Shown here in pieces: positions 38,113 to 47,825 of a stretch of DNA of 64,000 nucleotides. Where the stretch lies: the NCBI GenBank assembly GCA_040904565.1, contig JBBDTI010000054.1, forward strand, positions 1 through 64,000, given 5' to 3'. The position numbers and the translations under genes are program-made. The notes under the pieces are model-generated. The model was not told where the DNA came from and did no database searches. It saw nothing but the letters and a program-made list of their open reading frames with translations. Each line of letters starts with the position of its first letter. The first letter of the stretch is position 1. The stretch comes from Rhodothermales bacterium. GTDB taxonomy: Bacteria > Bacteroidota > Rhodothermia > Rhodothermales > VXPQ01.

Positions 38113-39180
38113 ATGGCCGTTATGGCTGCACGCGCGGGCCTTATCCTGGGCGTTGCCCTCGTGGCGGCCGTGACGCCGGCGTGGGCGCAGGACGCCGTGC
38201 TATCGCGGGGATTCATTTTCGAGGACGTCCCGTTCGAGAGCGCGCACGCGTCGACGATCGTGGAGACGGCGCCGGGAGAGCTCCTTGCGGCGTGGTTCGG
38301 AGGGTCGGATGAAGGGGAGCCCGACGTCGAGATTTGGGTCGCGCGGAAGTCCGGCAGCGAGCCCTGGACGATGCCGCGGGCGGTCACGTCCTATCCGGAG
38401 ATGCCTTGCTGGAATCCGGTGCTCTATCACGGCGGCGAGACCACGACGCTGTACTTCAAAGTGGGACCGAGTCCACGCGAATGGGTTGGAGCGTACCGTA
38501 CGTCGGAGGATGGCGGGCAGACGTGGAGCGACGTGACGTACCTGCCTGCCGGACTCACCGGACCCATTCGAGCGAAACCGATCCGGCTGGAGGATGGGAC
38601 GCTGCTCGCCGGGACGTCGTTCGAGGCCGGATATACCGGCGGCACGCCGTCCGACGCCCCCTATCGCACCTGGTCGGTCTGGGTGGAACGGAGTACGGAC
38701 GGCGGCCGGACGTGGACGAAGCACGGGCCCATCGGCGTGCCGGGCGAACTCTATGGCGTCATTCAGCCTACGCTCTGGGAATCGTCACCGGGAGTCGTAC
38801 GGATGCTCATGCGTGCGACGGGCCGCATCGGCTACGTCCCGGAGGCGGTTTCGACCGACGGTGGCCGGACGTGGAGCCAGGCGCGGCCGACCCGATTGCC
38901 CAATCCGAACGCCGGGATCGACGTGGTCAAACTTAGTGACGGTCGCCTCGTCCTCATCTACAATCACACGGAGCGCGGCCGCAGCCCCATTCACCTGGCC
39001 GTTTCATCCGACGACGGCGCCACCTGGAGCGAGCCGCTCGTCCTCGAGGAAGGGCAGGGCGAGTTCTCCTATCCGGCCGTCATTCAAGCAGAAGACGGAC
39101 GGCTCCACGTCACCTATACGTGGCGACGGGAGCGCGTCCGTCATCTTGTCGTCGATGCCGAAACGCTTCCGGGTGGGTGA
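38113..39180 (+). CDS. BNR/Asp-box repeat sialidase-like protein (BNR_2), exported
   Basis: Motifs HASTIVE, AWFGG..EG, WNPVL. Asp-boxes SEDGGQTWS, STDGGRTWT, STDGGRTWS, SSDDGATWS, then FSYP. Start uncertain (38065-38122). Confidence 0.88.
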   Translation: MAVMAARAGLILGVALVAAVTPAWAQDAVLSRGFIFEDVPFESAHASTIVETAPGELLAAWFGGSDEGEPDVEIWVARKSGSEPWTMPRAVTSYPEMPCWNPVLYHGGETTTLYFKVGPSPREWVGAYRTSEDGGQTWSDVTYLPAGLTGPIRAKPIRLEDGTLLAGTSFEAGYTGGTPSDAPYRTWSVWVERSTDGGRTWTKHGPIGVPGELYGVIQPTLWESSPGVVRMLMRATGRIGYVPEAVSTDGGRTWSQARPTRLPNPNAGIDVVKLSDGRLVLIYNHTERGRSPIHLAVSSDDGATWSEPLVLEEGQGEFSYPAVIQAEDGRLHVTYTWRRERVRHLVVDAETLPGG

Positions 39181-39212
39181 GACCCCCGGGCGGCCTCCGG
39201 CGTCGATTCAGG

Positions 39213-40052
39213 TCAACCGAGAATGTCGCTCAGGTACATAAAGCTGTTCGCGATAGCCGCGACCGGATCGCGTCCCGGCCGATCGTGCTCGACGATGCCG
39301 TAGCGCAGGCCGGATTGATCGGCGTGGTCGAAGATGGTCGGGAAGTCGATGCGGCCGCTGCCGACGTTGGCGAGTTCGCCGTCAGTGGTGAGATCCTTGA
39401 CGTGCCAGAGGTGGAAGCGTCCCGGATTCCGATTGAAGTAGGCCAGGGGATCGTGCCCGGCGTTCACGATCCACGCCAGATCGAGCTCCATCGCGACGAG
39501 GTCGTCGTCCGTCTCGTCGAGCAGAACGTCGTACGGGATCTGTCCGTCGATCTCCTCGAATTCGAAGCTGTGATTGTGGTAGCCGAACTGTATGTCATAC
39601 TCTCGCGCTTTTTCACCGAGCTCGTTGAAGGTCTGGGCAACGGACTTGTACGCGTCGATGTCGGAGCGCATGCTTCCCGGAAGAGACGGTACGATGGCGT
39701 ATTCCATTCCGAGCGTGGCGGCGCCTTCGAGCACCGCGTCCGCATCCTCCTGAAAATCATTCAGCCCGAAGTGTCCGGAGCGGGCGTGCAGGCCGATGTC
39801 GTCGATGATCTGCTTCATCTCGAGCGGTGAATGGCCGTAATAGCCTGCAAATTCCAGATTGCGGTAGCCGATTCTGTAGATGTCCTCCAGCGTGCCGACG
39901 ACATCGTCGCCGATGATGCTGCGCAGCGTGTAGAGCTGCACGCCGATGTTGGACAGGTCGGCGCGGGCGACGCCGGCGTAGCCGATGCGGCTCCATGCCA
40001 TGCCGCCGGCCAGGACGGCACCGGTGCGCTGTAAGAATGAACGACGATCCAT
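39213..40052 (-). CDS. Tat-exported sugar phosphate isomerase/epimerase (AP_endonuc_2 TIM barrel)
   Basis: Motifs MDRRSFLQ, IGVQLYTLR, FGYHNHSFEF, MELDLAW, WHVKD, IVEHD. Confidence 0.92.
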   Translation of the reverse strand: MDRRSFLQRTGAVLAGGMAWSRIGYAGVARADLSNIGVQLYTLRSIIGDDVVGTLEDIYRIGYRNLEFAGYYGHSPLEMKQIIDDIGLHARSGHFGLNDFQEDADAVLEGAATLGMEYAIVPSLPGSMRSDIDAYKSVAQTFNELGEKAREYDIQFGYHNHSFEFEEIDGQIPYDVLLDETDDDLVAMELDLAWIVNAGHDPLAYFNRNPGRFHLWHVKDLTTDGELANVGSGRIDFPTIFDHADQSGLRYGIVEHDRPGRDPVAAIANSFMYLSDILG

Positions 40053-40134
40053 AATGATACCTCGATGCGATGAGTAAGAAACCTGCGTATGGTTGATTCC
40101 GTGCGTCCGTGGGGCGCAGAGCCCCGGACTCATG

Positions 40135-40647
40135 TTATTCATCGGCGACCCAGCGGTAGCGGGTCACCTGGGCGTTTTCACCGGGATCCCGGAAGCCGTC
40201 GTATTCGGCGACGTAGATACTGCCGTCGGGCCCCAGCTCCATCGATATCGGCGTCGTCAGCGTAAGCTGGTCGAAAAGCCGAACGTCGGTCAGGCGCGTC
40301 GCCGAAATCTCGACGCGATAGGGCGGCGTCCTGACGTCGCTTTCCCGGTCGTTTACGAAGGTACCGTCGACCATGTCTCCGTATTTGATCCAGCGTCGGG
40401 ACCAGTCGTAAACGAACACCTTTCCCTGGAGAAAATCCGGAAAGGCACCTTCACGTTCAAATCGATACGGCGGTCCGACCGTCGCCGAGCTGTGATCCAG
40501 CGCAGACCGGGCGAGCTCGTGATTGGCTTCGAGGTACTCCGCAATCTCAGCCGTCGACCGAGCCCGAAGCGGCGACGCCGCCAGCGCGAGGGCGACGATA
40601 AAACAGAACAGGGTTGAATTCCGCAATGCGGGTTCGATATACTTCAT
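40135..40647 (-). CDS. Signal peptide fused to the C-terminal blades of a glucose/sorbosone dehydrogenase-like propeller; possible internally deleted relic
   Basis: VGPPYRF..FPD..GKVFVYDWSRRWIK and PISMELGPDGSIYVAEY resemble GSDH C-terminal blades, but the ORF is only 170 aa. Confidence 0.55.
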   Translation of the reverse strand: MKYIEPALRNSTLFCFIVALALAASPLRARSTAEIAEYLEANHELARSALDHSSATVGPPYRFEREGAFPDFLQGKVFVYDWSRRWIKYGDMVDGTFVNDRESDVRTPPYRVEISATRLTDVRLFDQLTLTTPISMELGPDGSIYVAEYDGFRDPGENAQVTRYRWVADE

Positions 40648-40982
40648 TTTCGTTAGAGACGTCCTGGTGTAACTGCGTCAAGGCGGCGTATGGACTCTAC
40701 GCCGCACAGCCGTGCATTATAATCGCTACGTCGCGCGGAAGGTAGCGAAGTTGTCACGACTTGCACTATCCTGGGATGAAGTGAATGTGAGTCCATCGCG
40801 CGTACGTCCAAATGGATTCACGGATCCGATCGGGCGGCAGAACGCAAGCTGCCTGTGGCCCGGATGCGGTTCATTCCGGCCTGCACCGAGAAGGCTGTCT
40901 TCGACCTGCCGGCGAAAAGTGGTATCATCGGACGAGCACGGACCGCGAGAATCGTGTCACAGGAGGACGAGGTACGACGAGT

Positions 40983-42932
40983 ATGACGTGGTACTGCCGC
41001 ACAGGCTGGATGATCGCGCTGGCGCTCCTGCTTCCGTTCGTCGCATTTGGACAGGCGGAGGTGCAGGCCTGGGGCAACGTCACCGGGATTCGCATTGAAG
41101 GGCAGCTGATGGAGTTCGAGACGAGCCTCCGGGTCGTCGGCCCAAGGTGGAATGACATCAGCCGTACGGCGAAAGAGCGGCAGCGGCCATCCTACGCGCG
41201 ACGGAACGGACGACAGTTCGTTTCGACGAGCATCGACAGCATGTTTTTCTCGCAGGTGGTTGAGAACGTGGGTGTCGGCGAAGCCCATGTAGACGTGGAG
41301 TTCACGTCGCGGGCCGATTCCAGCCTGTCGGGGGTGTATTTCAGCATCGCACTCCCCGAAGATCGATATGGAAGCGGAACCGTGCATCTCATCGATCCGG
41401 CGGACGTCCGCCTCTCCGACGCGCAGGCAGGCGGGCCGAAAGAATATATTCGGGTGAATGCACGCGGGCTCCGCGTGTCAGGCCGCGAACAACGGATCGA
41501 GGTGACGACGGATGAGCCGACGGAGATCGTCGTGCGTCGAGGTGAGGACGGAAACGTGCAGGTCTACCTGGCGATCGCGAGCGGTCCGGTATCGACGGGA
41601 CAGGTCGAACGGAAATCGTTCTTGCTGCGCGCGAACGGCCACATCGACCGGCGCCCGGTCCACGTGCGCATCGATCCCTCGCAGCCGGGACGACGGTTCG
41701 TCGGGCTGGGCGGCAACTTCCGGCTTCAGAATCCCCGGACGGACCGGCAGGTGATCGAATACAGCCTGGAAAACCTCCGGGTCGCATGGGCGCGGGTGGA
41801 CATGCCGTGGATGCTGTGGCACGCGGAAGAAGAGGTGGATCCCATCGAGGCGGCGCGTGCCGGAGAGCTGCATCCCAGAGTGGCCACATCGATGGAGATG
41901 GCGCAGCGCGCCTACGAGATGGACATCCCCGTCATGCTCGCCGCATGGTTTGCACCGGAGTGGGCCATCGAGGGCGAACGCCGCAGAGGCAGGGGACCGG
42001 ACGGCCGCTTCGGCAACGCCCTCCGCCGCGACAAGATCGACCGGATTTACGCGTCGATAGCCGACTACGTCCTTTATCTGAAGGAGGAATATGGCGTAGA
42101 GGTCGAGATGTTTTCCTTCAATGAGTCCGATCTCGGGATCGCCGTGAGGCAGACGCCGGAAGAGCACGCCCATCTACTCCGGCACCTGGGAGTACTTTTC
42201 GAGGAACGGGGGCTGAAGACGAAGCTCCTCTTGGGTGATACGGCCGACATCACGGGATACGATTTCGTCGACGTAGCCGTGGAGGACCCCGCCACGCACC
42301 CCTATATTGGTGCCGTCTCGTTCCACTCGTGGCGCGGATGGTCGAGGGAGAATCTGAGGGAATGGGACGAGGTGGCGGAACGGATGGATCTTCCTCTCGT
42401 GGTCGGGGGAGGAAGTGTCGATGCCGGAGCGTGGCGGTATCCGGACATCTTTCTCGAGGAGACGTACGCGCGAGAGGAGATCAATCTCTACATGCGAATT
42501 ATGGCTTTGTGTCAGCCGCTCACGATTCTACAGTGGCAGTTGACGGCGGACTATTCGCCGCTGGCGGGCGGGGGCATCTTCGGGAATGACGAAGATCCGC
42601 TGCACCCGACGCAGCGGTTCTGGAACCTGAAGCAGCTGGCCTCGACGCCGGAAGACGTCCGGTACCTGCCCGTCGAGGTCGATCGCTCGGATGTAACGGT
42701 GGCTGCCGTCGGTGACGTTGACCGCAGCGTCTATGCCGTGCATCTCGTCAATAACGGTCCGACGCGCAAGGTTACGCTGTCCGGCCTTCCGGACGGCCTC
42801 GACGCACTTCGCTTCTTCGTTACGGATGAAGAGCGCGGTATGGAAGAGGCGGACGCCGTGCGGGTCGTCGGCGGGGAGGCGAGCTTCACTCTTCCCGAGA
42901 CCAGCTTTACGTCGTTGATGAAATCAGAATAG
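40983..42932 (+). CDS. Clan GH-A (GH30-like) glycoside hydrolase homolog, exported
   Basis: Signal peptide. Motifs FVGLGGNF, acid/base FNESD, VSFHSW, LPLVVGGGS, and a C-terminal beta-sandwich (AVHLVN). Confidence 0.7.
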   Translation: MTWYCRTGWMIALALLLPFVAFGQAEVQAWGNVTGIRIEGQLMEFETSLRVVGPRWNDISRTAKERQRPSYARRNGRQFVSTSIDSMFFSQVVENVGVGEAHVDVEFTSRADSSLSGVYFSIALPEDRYGSGTVHLIDPADVRLSDAQAGGPKEYIRVNARGLRVSGREQRIEVTTDEPTEIVVRRGEDGNVQVYLAIASGPVSTGQVERKSFLLRANGHIDRRPVHVRIDPSQPGRRFVGLGGNFRLQNPRTDRQVIEYSLENLRVAWARVDMPWMLWHAEEEVDPIEAARAGELHPRVATSMEMAQRAYEMDIPVMLAAWFAPEWAIEGERRRGRGPDGRFGNALRRDKIDRIYASIADYVLYLKEEYGVEVEMFSFNESDLGIAVRQTPEEHAHLLRHLGVLFEERGLKTKLLLGDTADITGYDFVDVAVEDPATHPYIGAVSFHSWRGWSRENLREWDEVAERMDLPLVVGGGSVDAGAWRYPDIFLEETYAREEINLYMRIMALCQPLTILQWQLTADYSPLAGGGIFGNDEDPLHPTQRFWNLKQLASTPEDVRYLPVEVDRSDVTVAAVGDVDRSVYAVHLVNNGPTRKVTLSGLPDGLDALRFFVTDEERGMEEADAVRVVGGEASFTLPETSFTSLMKSE

Positions 42933-43062
42933 GGGCTTTAAGCACTTCCATCACATGCGTGCACGTTACATGCTTTCTGGCAACGTACATCTATTTTCGT
43001 CGCATCGTGCCATTCGGGGCGGTTTCTGCCAGTCTGCCGTCGCTTCGCGCAGCGCCGATGCA

Positions 43063-43809
43063 ATGCGGGCGATGTCGCCGGTCGTAGTGCTGCAGTGGAT
43101 CGCGGTTCTTCTGATCCTGCTGCTACCGCAGTTGGTGATGATTCAGGAGGTGATGGCTCAGGAGGTTATAACTCGGGAGCCCGTAACAAACCAGCGGCTG
43201 TTTGACACGGAGCCGTTCCTTCCGGAGCACTACGATAACCGCGTCGCATCCTTCGAGGCGCAGCCCGTGGAAATGGGGCGCACGGTCTTCCTCGGCGACA
43301 GCATCACCGAAGGCGGCGACTGGGTTTCGCTGACCGGCGACGAGACCGTCGTGAATCGGGGGATTGGAGGGGACATCACCTTCGGCGTGCTGGAGCGGCT
43401 CGACGACGTCACGCGGCGTCGCCCGTCGAAGCTCTTCCTCCTCATAGGGATCAACGACATCGGTAAGGATATCCCCGAAGAGGTCGTTGCCGACAACGTG
43501 CGACAGATCGTCGAGGAGGTACGGGCTGAGAGTCCGGCCACGACGGTATACGTTCAGAGCGTGCTCCCGGTAAACCCGTCGGTAGACCTATTCCCGCAGC
43601 ATTACGACAAGGAGAACCAGGTCGTCCGCCTCAACCGGCTGCTCCGTGGAACCGTGGCGCAGACCGATGCCCATTTCGTGAACATCTACCCGCTCTTCCT
43701 CGACCGGATGGGACGGCTGGACGAGCGCTTCACGAACGACGGCCTGCACCTCAACGCAGCCGGCTATGAGGTCTGGGTCCGCTTTCTCGAAGAGAACGGC
43801 TACCTCTAA
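43063..43809 (+). CDS. SGNH/GDSL esterase
   Basis: Motifs FLGDSIT, NRGIGG, IGIND, DGLHLN. Start uncertain. Confidence 0.92.
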   Translation: MRAMSPVVVLQWIAVLLILLLPQLVMIQEVMAQEVITREPVTNQRLFDTEPFLPEHYDNRVASFEAQPVEMGRTVFLGDSITEGGDWVSLTGDETVVNRGIGGDITFGVLERLDDVTRRRPSKLFLLIGINDIGKDIPEEVVADNVRQIVEEVRAESPATTVYVQSVLPVNPSVDLFPQHYDKENQVVRLNRLLRGTVAQTDAHFVNIYPLFLDRMGRLDERFTNDGLHLNAAGYEVWVRFLEENGYL

Positions 43810-43847
43810 TTCCGGCATGCGGCCGGGCTGTGTGACCGGGTGTGATC

Positions 43848-43899
43848 GGGCTGTCGGGCCGGGATGCGGGGCTGGGGTGCGGGGCCGGGATGTGGGGCC
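43848..43899 (+). repeat. G-rich 13-bp tandem repeat x4 (G-quadruplex-capable)
   Basis: GGGCTGTCGGGCC / GGGATGCGGGGCT / GGGGTGCGGGGCC / GGGATGTGGGGCC. Confidence 0.75.
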
Positions 43900-43948
43900 G
43901 CGCAGTGTGAACGCCGCCACAGCCCCACGCGCACGTTTCTTCCTGGTG

Positions 43949-45325
43949 CTACGAGCCGACGTTCGGCAGGGCGGCGAGGCTCTCGTCTACGGCGTCCTGC
44001 GAATATTCGTAGTCGGGAAGCTCGCCCGCGCGGTAGGCCTCGTAAGCGGAGAGGTCGAAGTGGCCGTGCCCGGACAACGCAAAGACGATGGTTTCGGCGG
44101 AGCCTTCCTCCTTGCAGCGGAGCGCTTCTTCCATGGCACCCCACACGGCGTGGCCAGCTTCGGGGGCTGGGAGGATGCCTTCGCTGTGAGCGAAGCTCGT
44201 GCAGGAGGCAAACATCGGGTTTTGCAGGACGCTCCGGGCCTCGATGCGCCCGGCCTCGAGCAGCGCGCTCACCTGCGGACTCATGCCGTGATATCGGAGC
44301 CCTCCCGCGTGGATGGGCGCCGGGACAAAATCGTGTCCGAGCGTATGCATCTTCATCAGCGGCGTCATCCGACCCGTATCGCCGAAGTCGTAGGCGAAGC
44401 GTCCTTTCGTAAGGCTGGGTGAGGCGGCGGGTTCGACGGCGATGATGCGCGTGGTGCGGCCGTTCGAGGCCGTTTCTCCCAGGAACGGAAAGGCGAATCC
44501 ACCGAAGTTGCTGCCCCCGCCCGTGCAGCCGACGATCACGTCCGGCCATCCCGCACCGGCCAGTTCGAGCTGTGCCAGTACTTCCTGTCCGATGACGGTC
44601 TGGTGTAGGAGCACGTGGTTGAGCACGCTGCCGAGCGAGTATTTCGTGTCGTCGCGCGTCGCCGCCTCTTCCACGGCCTCACTGATCGCGATGCCGAGGC
44701 TGCCCGTGCTGTCGGGGTTTTTTGCCAGGATGTCGCGTCCCGCCTGGGTTTTATTACTGGGGCTGGGCGTAACCGAGGCGTCGAAGGTTTCCATGAGCAC
44801 GCGCCGGTAAGGCTTCTGCTCGTAGCTCACCTTCACCATGTAGACGTGGCATTCGATGCCGAACACCTTGCAGGCAAAACTGAGGGCGCTTCCCCATTGT
44901 CCGGCCCCCGTCTCGGTCGCGATGCGCCTGGTGCCCTCCTTCGCGTTGTAGTAAGCCTGAGCGACGGAGGTGTTGGGCTTGTGACTGCCCGAGGGGCTGA
45001 CGCCTTCGTACTTGTAATAGATCTTGGCGGGCGTGCCGAGTGCTTCCTCCCACCGGCGGGCGCGCACGAGCGGCGTGGGCCGCCACAGCCGATAGATCTC
45101 CCGGATCTCTTCGGGAATCTCTATCCATCGCTCGGTGCTGACCTCCTGCTGAATGAGGGCCATGGGAAAGAGCGGCGCGAGATCGTCCGGTCCGACCGGC
45201 TCTCCCGTGCCGGGGTGAAGTACGGGTGACATTTCGGCATCCAGGCCGGCCATGTCGGCCGCGATATTGTACCAGTGCGTCGGTGCCTTGTCTTCCGGTA
45301 AAAAAATTCTCGTCGGGACGGGCAT
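43949..45325 (-). CDS. trpB2: Tryptophan synthase beta chain, type 2 (TrpB2)
   Basis: Motifs [65 protein letters not shown]. No trpA adjacent. Confidence 0.95.
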   Translation of the reverse strand: MPVPTRIFLPEDKAPTHWYNIAADMAGLDAEMSPVLHPGTGEPVGPDDLAPLFPMALIQQEVSTERWIEIPEEIREIYRLWRPTPLVRARRWEEALGTPAKIYYKYEGVSPSGSHKPNTSVAQAYYNAKEGTRRIATETGAGQWGSALSFACKVFGIECHVYMVKVSYEQKPYRRVLMETFDASVTPSPSNKTQAGRDILAKNPDSTGSLGIAISEAVEEAATRDDTKYSLGSVLNHVLLHQTVIGQEVLAQLELAGAGWPDVIVGCTGGGSNFGGFAFPFLGETASNGRTTRIIAVEPAASPSLTKGRFAYDFGDTGRMTPLMKMHTLGHDFVPAPIHAGGLRYHGMSPQVSALLEAGRIEARSVLQNPMFASCTSFAHSEGILPAPEAGHAVWGAMEEALRCKEEGSAETIVFALSGHGHFDLSAYEAYRAGELPDYEYSQDAVDESLAALPNVGS

Positions 45326-45426
45326 GGGTTTATCTGGTGGGTGAACGGTGGTCCGAATTCAGCTGTCCGCGCTGGTAGTGGGGCTGGACGAAGATAGGGC
45401 CAATGCTCCTTTGGGTGCAAAGCCGC

Positions 45427-47646
45427 TTAGAACCGATGCGTGTACGTCAGCTTCGTCGCCGCTTGCTGCCCGAGGGGTCGTATTTCCATCACGTCGTTGA
45501 TCCAGTTGTGCGTGTAGACGACGTAGAGATCGCTTCCCGGCTGGATGGTCCAGCGGAACCGCCCGTACAGGCCGATCAGCTCGGAGAGGTTGTCATACTG
45601 GACGTTCGACGTCAGGGAGATGCGGGGCGTCAGGTCGAGACTTCCTGATGCACGGAGCAGCCGGGCGGAAAAGTTGCCCTCCGGCAAGCGCACGTCGTCG
45701 AATCTCCAGAAGGCCGACAGATTGAGCCCGGGGAACGGTCGGACGGTGGCGACGGCCGAGTATCCCGTCTGCGTTCCCGTCCAGAAGCTGCCGTGGCTGA
45801 CGGATCCCGAAAGCCTGACGCGGCGGTGAGCGGCGGTACTCGCCTCGGCCTCGCCCGTCCACGTCAGGTACCCGCCCGAAGGGACGATGATGCCGCCGTC
45901 TCGCCGAATGTCGAACGGTCCGAAGAGGCGTTCGAAATTGCGCGAGACGCTGACGCCGATTTCGTCGCCGGTCTCGAAGCGGATGCCGGGCGTAAAACGC
46001 GTTTCTACCGTAGCGGGCTCGAAGTCGAGGTTCGTCAGATACTCGAAACGCCATTCGAAGAGGAGCTCGCGCACGAGGTCGCTGTTTTCCATGAGGGGCA
46101 GGTATTCGAGGGTCGGCTGAAATCGGCGAAAGCCGCGCCGCTGTACGAAGCCCACGGCGGGGTCGAAGGCTTCGCCGAACTCACGGTACGACGTAGCGAA
46201 GGCCCAGGGGTCGTTGGGATAGTCGATTCGAATTCCACGCGACGATCGATCCCACAGGTTCGTACGGGCATCCGGCGCCGGATCGTTGTGCCCCACGAAG
46301 AAGGCCTGGAACTGGAGGATCTTGTCGCCGCGAAACCGCGACGTCGCGAGCTCCAGATCGGCACCGAACGTGTGGTGGTCGCCGGGGGTGCCTGATCCAT
46401 GTGCGGCTCTGCGCGTGTAGATGAGACCGGCCATGCTCTCAGTGAAGATATTGCGCACGAGCCGGGCCGCGGTGAAATCCTCCGTCGGGAAGTCGCCGGA
46501 TTCCTGCGTGCGCACCTGTATGAGTCCGATGTCGTAGTCGCCCACCTGGCCTGCCAGCCGCCCCCCGAAGAGAAGGGGGATGACCTGCCCTTGCTCGAGT
46601 CCGATGCGACGGCTGAAATACGGGTTGACGTTGCTCGACGGAGCGAACTCGAATACGCTGGATCCCTCCAGGAAGAAATCGCGTTGTTCGGGAAATTGCA
46701 GGGGAAAGCGCGTCAGATTGACCTGTCGCTCGTCGACCTCCGTCTCCGCGAAATCGGTGTTGATCGTGGCCGAGGCGCGGAGATTGGGCGTCATGCTGTA
46801 GGTCACGTCGAAGCCGGCGTCGGACCTCGTGCCGGTGTCCGTATCCTCGTCCACCCACGTACGCGTTGCCGATCCGAGGGCATAGGGCGCGACTTCAAGA
46901 CCGAGTCCTTGCGACATCCCCTCAAGTCCGACGAGGTCGCCGGCGTTCTGCGGACGCCAGAGTCCCTGGTTGCGACGGTGTCCCGTCCACAGCAGCTCTT
47001 CATTTTTCCGCCGGATCGTTCGTTGAAAGTTGATGCCCCAGGTGTCCTGGTCCGGGTTGAAATTGAGCGTACGAAAAGGGATGAGAATCTCGGCGCTCCA
47101 TCCGTTGGGCCCGCGACGGACGCGCACGTCCCACAAGCCGTCCCACGACTTATTGATGGTGGTCCCCTGTCCCGTTCGCACGAGCCCGTCGCCTAGGAGT
47201 CCAGCCGGATTAATCTCGAAGAAGTATGCCGAACGCCCGTCGTTGAAGGTGTCGATGATCCACATGAAGCGATCGTCCGTCGCGAGACTCATGTCGCGTC
47301 GCTTCTGAAAGGCGAGAATACCGTCGGGCTCGCTGTCGTAGAGCATCGCGCCGATGTACAGGTAGTTCTGGTCGTACATGATGCGGACTTCCGTTCGCTC
47401 GGTGGGCTCGCCGCCCTCCCGGGGTTCCTGCATCAGGAAACGCGTGATGGGCTCGGCATCCTCCCAGAACGGTTCGTCGAGCCGTCCGTCAAAGTGGAGC
47501 GTGGCGCCGGAGGGCAGGGGCTCGGCACGAACGGACGGAGGAGCATCGTCGGCGGTGATTTGCCTTCCGTAGACGGACACGGTGCCGGTCGGTCCGATGA
47601 GCAGGCAGCTTGCGATCAGAACGAACAGTCTCTGCGTCGGGTGCAT
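45427..47646 (-). CDS. CBM9-like / DUF5916 outer-membrane protein
   Basis: Motifs DGRLDE..W, WSAEILIPF, WGINFQR, NTDFAETEVD..VNLTRF..FPEQRDFFLEG, FSRRIG, and terminal YTHRF. Confidence 0.88.
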   Translation of the reverse strand: MHPTQRLFVLIASCLLIGPTGTVSVYGRQITADDAPPSVRAEPLPSGATLHFDGRLDEPFWEDAEPITRFLMQEPREGGEPTERTEVRIMYDQNYLYIGAMLYDSEPDGILAFQKRRDMSLATDDRFMWIIDTFNDGRSAYFFEINPAGLLGDGLVRTGQGTTINKSWDGLWDVRVRRGPNGWSAEILIPFRTLNFNPDQDTWGINFQRTIRRKNEELLWTGHRRNQGLWRPQNAGDLVGLEGMSQGLGLEVAPYALGSATRTWVDEDTDTGTRSDAGFDVTYSMTPNLRASATINTDFAETEVDERQVNLTRFPLQFPEQRDFFLEGSSVFEFAPSSNVNPYFSRRIGLEQGQVIPLLFGGRLAGQVGDYDIGLIQVRTQESGDFPTEDFTAARLVRNIFTESMAGLIYTRRAAHGSGTPGDHHTFGADLELATSRFRGDKILQFQAFFVGHNDPAPDARTNLWDRSSRGIRIDYPNDPWAFATSYREFGEAFDPAVGFVQRRGFRRFQPTLEYLPLMENSDLVRELLFEWRFEYLTNLDFEPATVETRFTPGIRFETGDEIGVSVSRNFERLFGPFDIRRDGGIIVPSGGYLTWTGEAEASTAAHRRVRLSGSVSHGSFWTGTQTGYSAVATVRPFPGLNLSAFWRFDDVRLPEGNFSARLLRASGSLDLTPRISLTSNVQYDNLSELIGLYGRFRWTIQPGSDLYVVYTHNWINDVMEIRPLGQQAATKLTYTHRF

Positions 47647-47825
47647 CTATGCTTCTATACTGGCGGGTGATAAAGCGCGTACGGACGGAAAGGCCGCTGT
47701 CGCGACGCTTCCAGATTGTGTATAGTAGTATAAGGTCATTTGGTGGCCGCACGTCCACATGCCGGCAATGACCATAGACGGGCATTCACGGATGGCTGGG
47801 GTCTCCAATAGACAGGTAAAGGCAT

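Noticed and set aside
40683-40705. Hairpin GCGGCGTA-N7-TACGCCGC
   Set aside because: It lies between divergent starts, has no U-tract and occurs once, so there is not enough evidence to call a terminator or operator.
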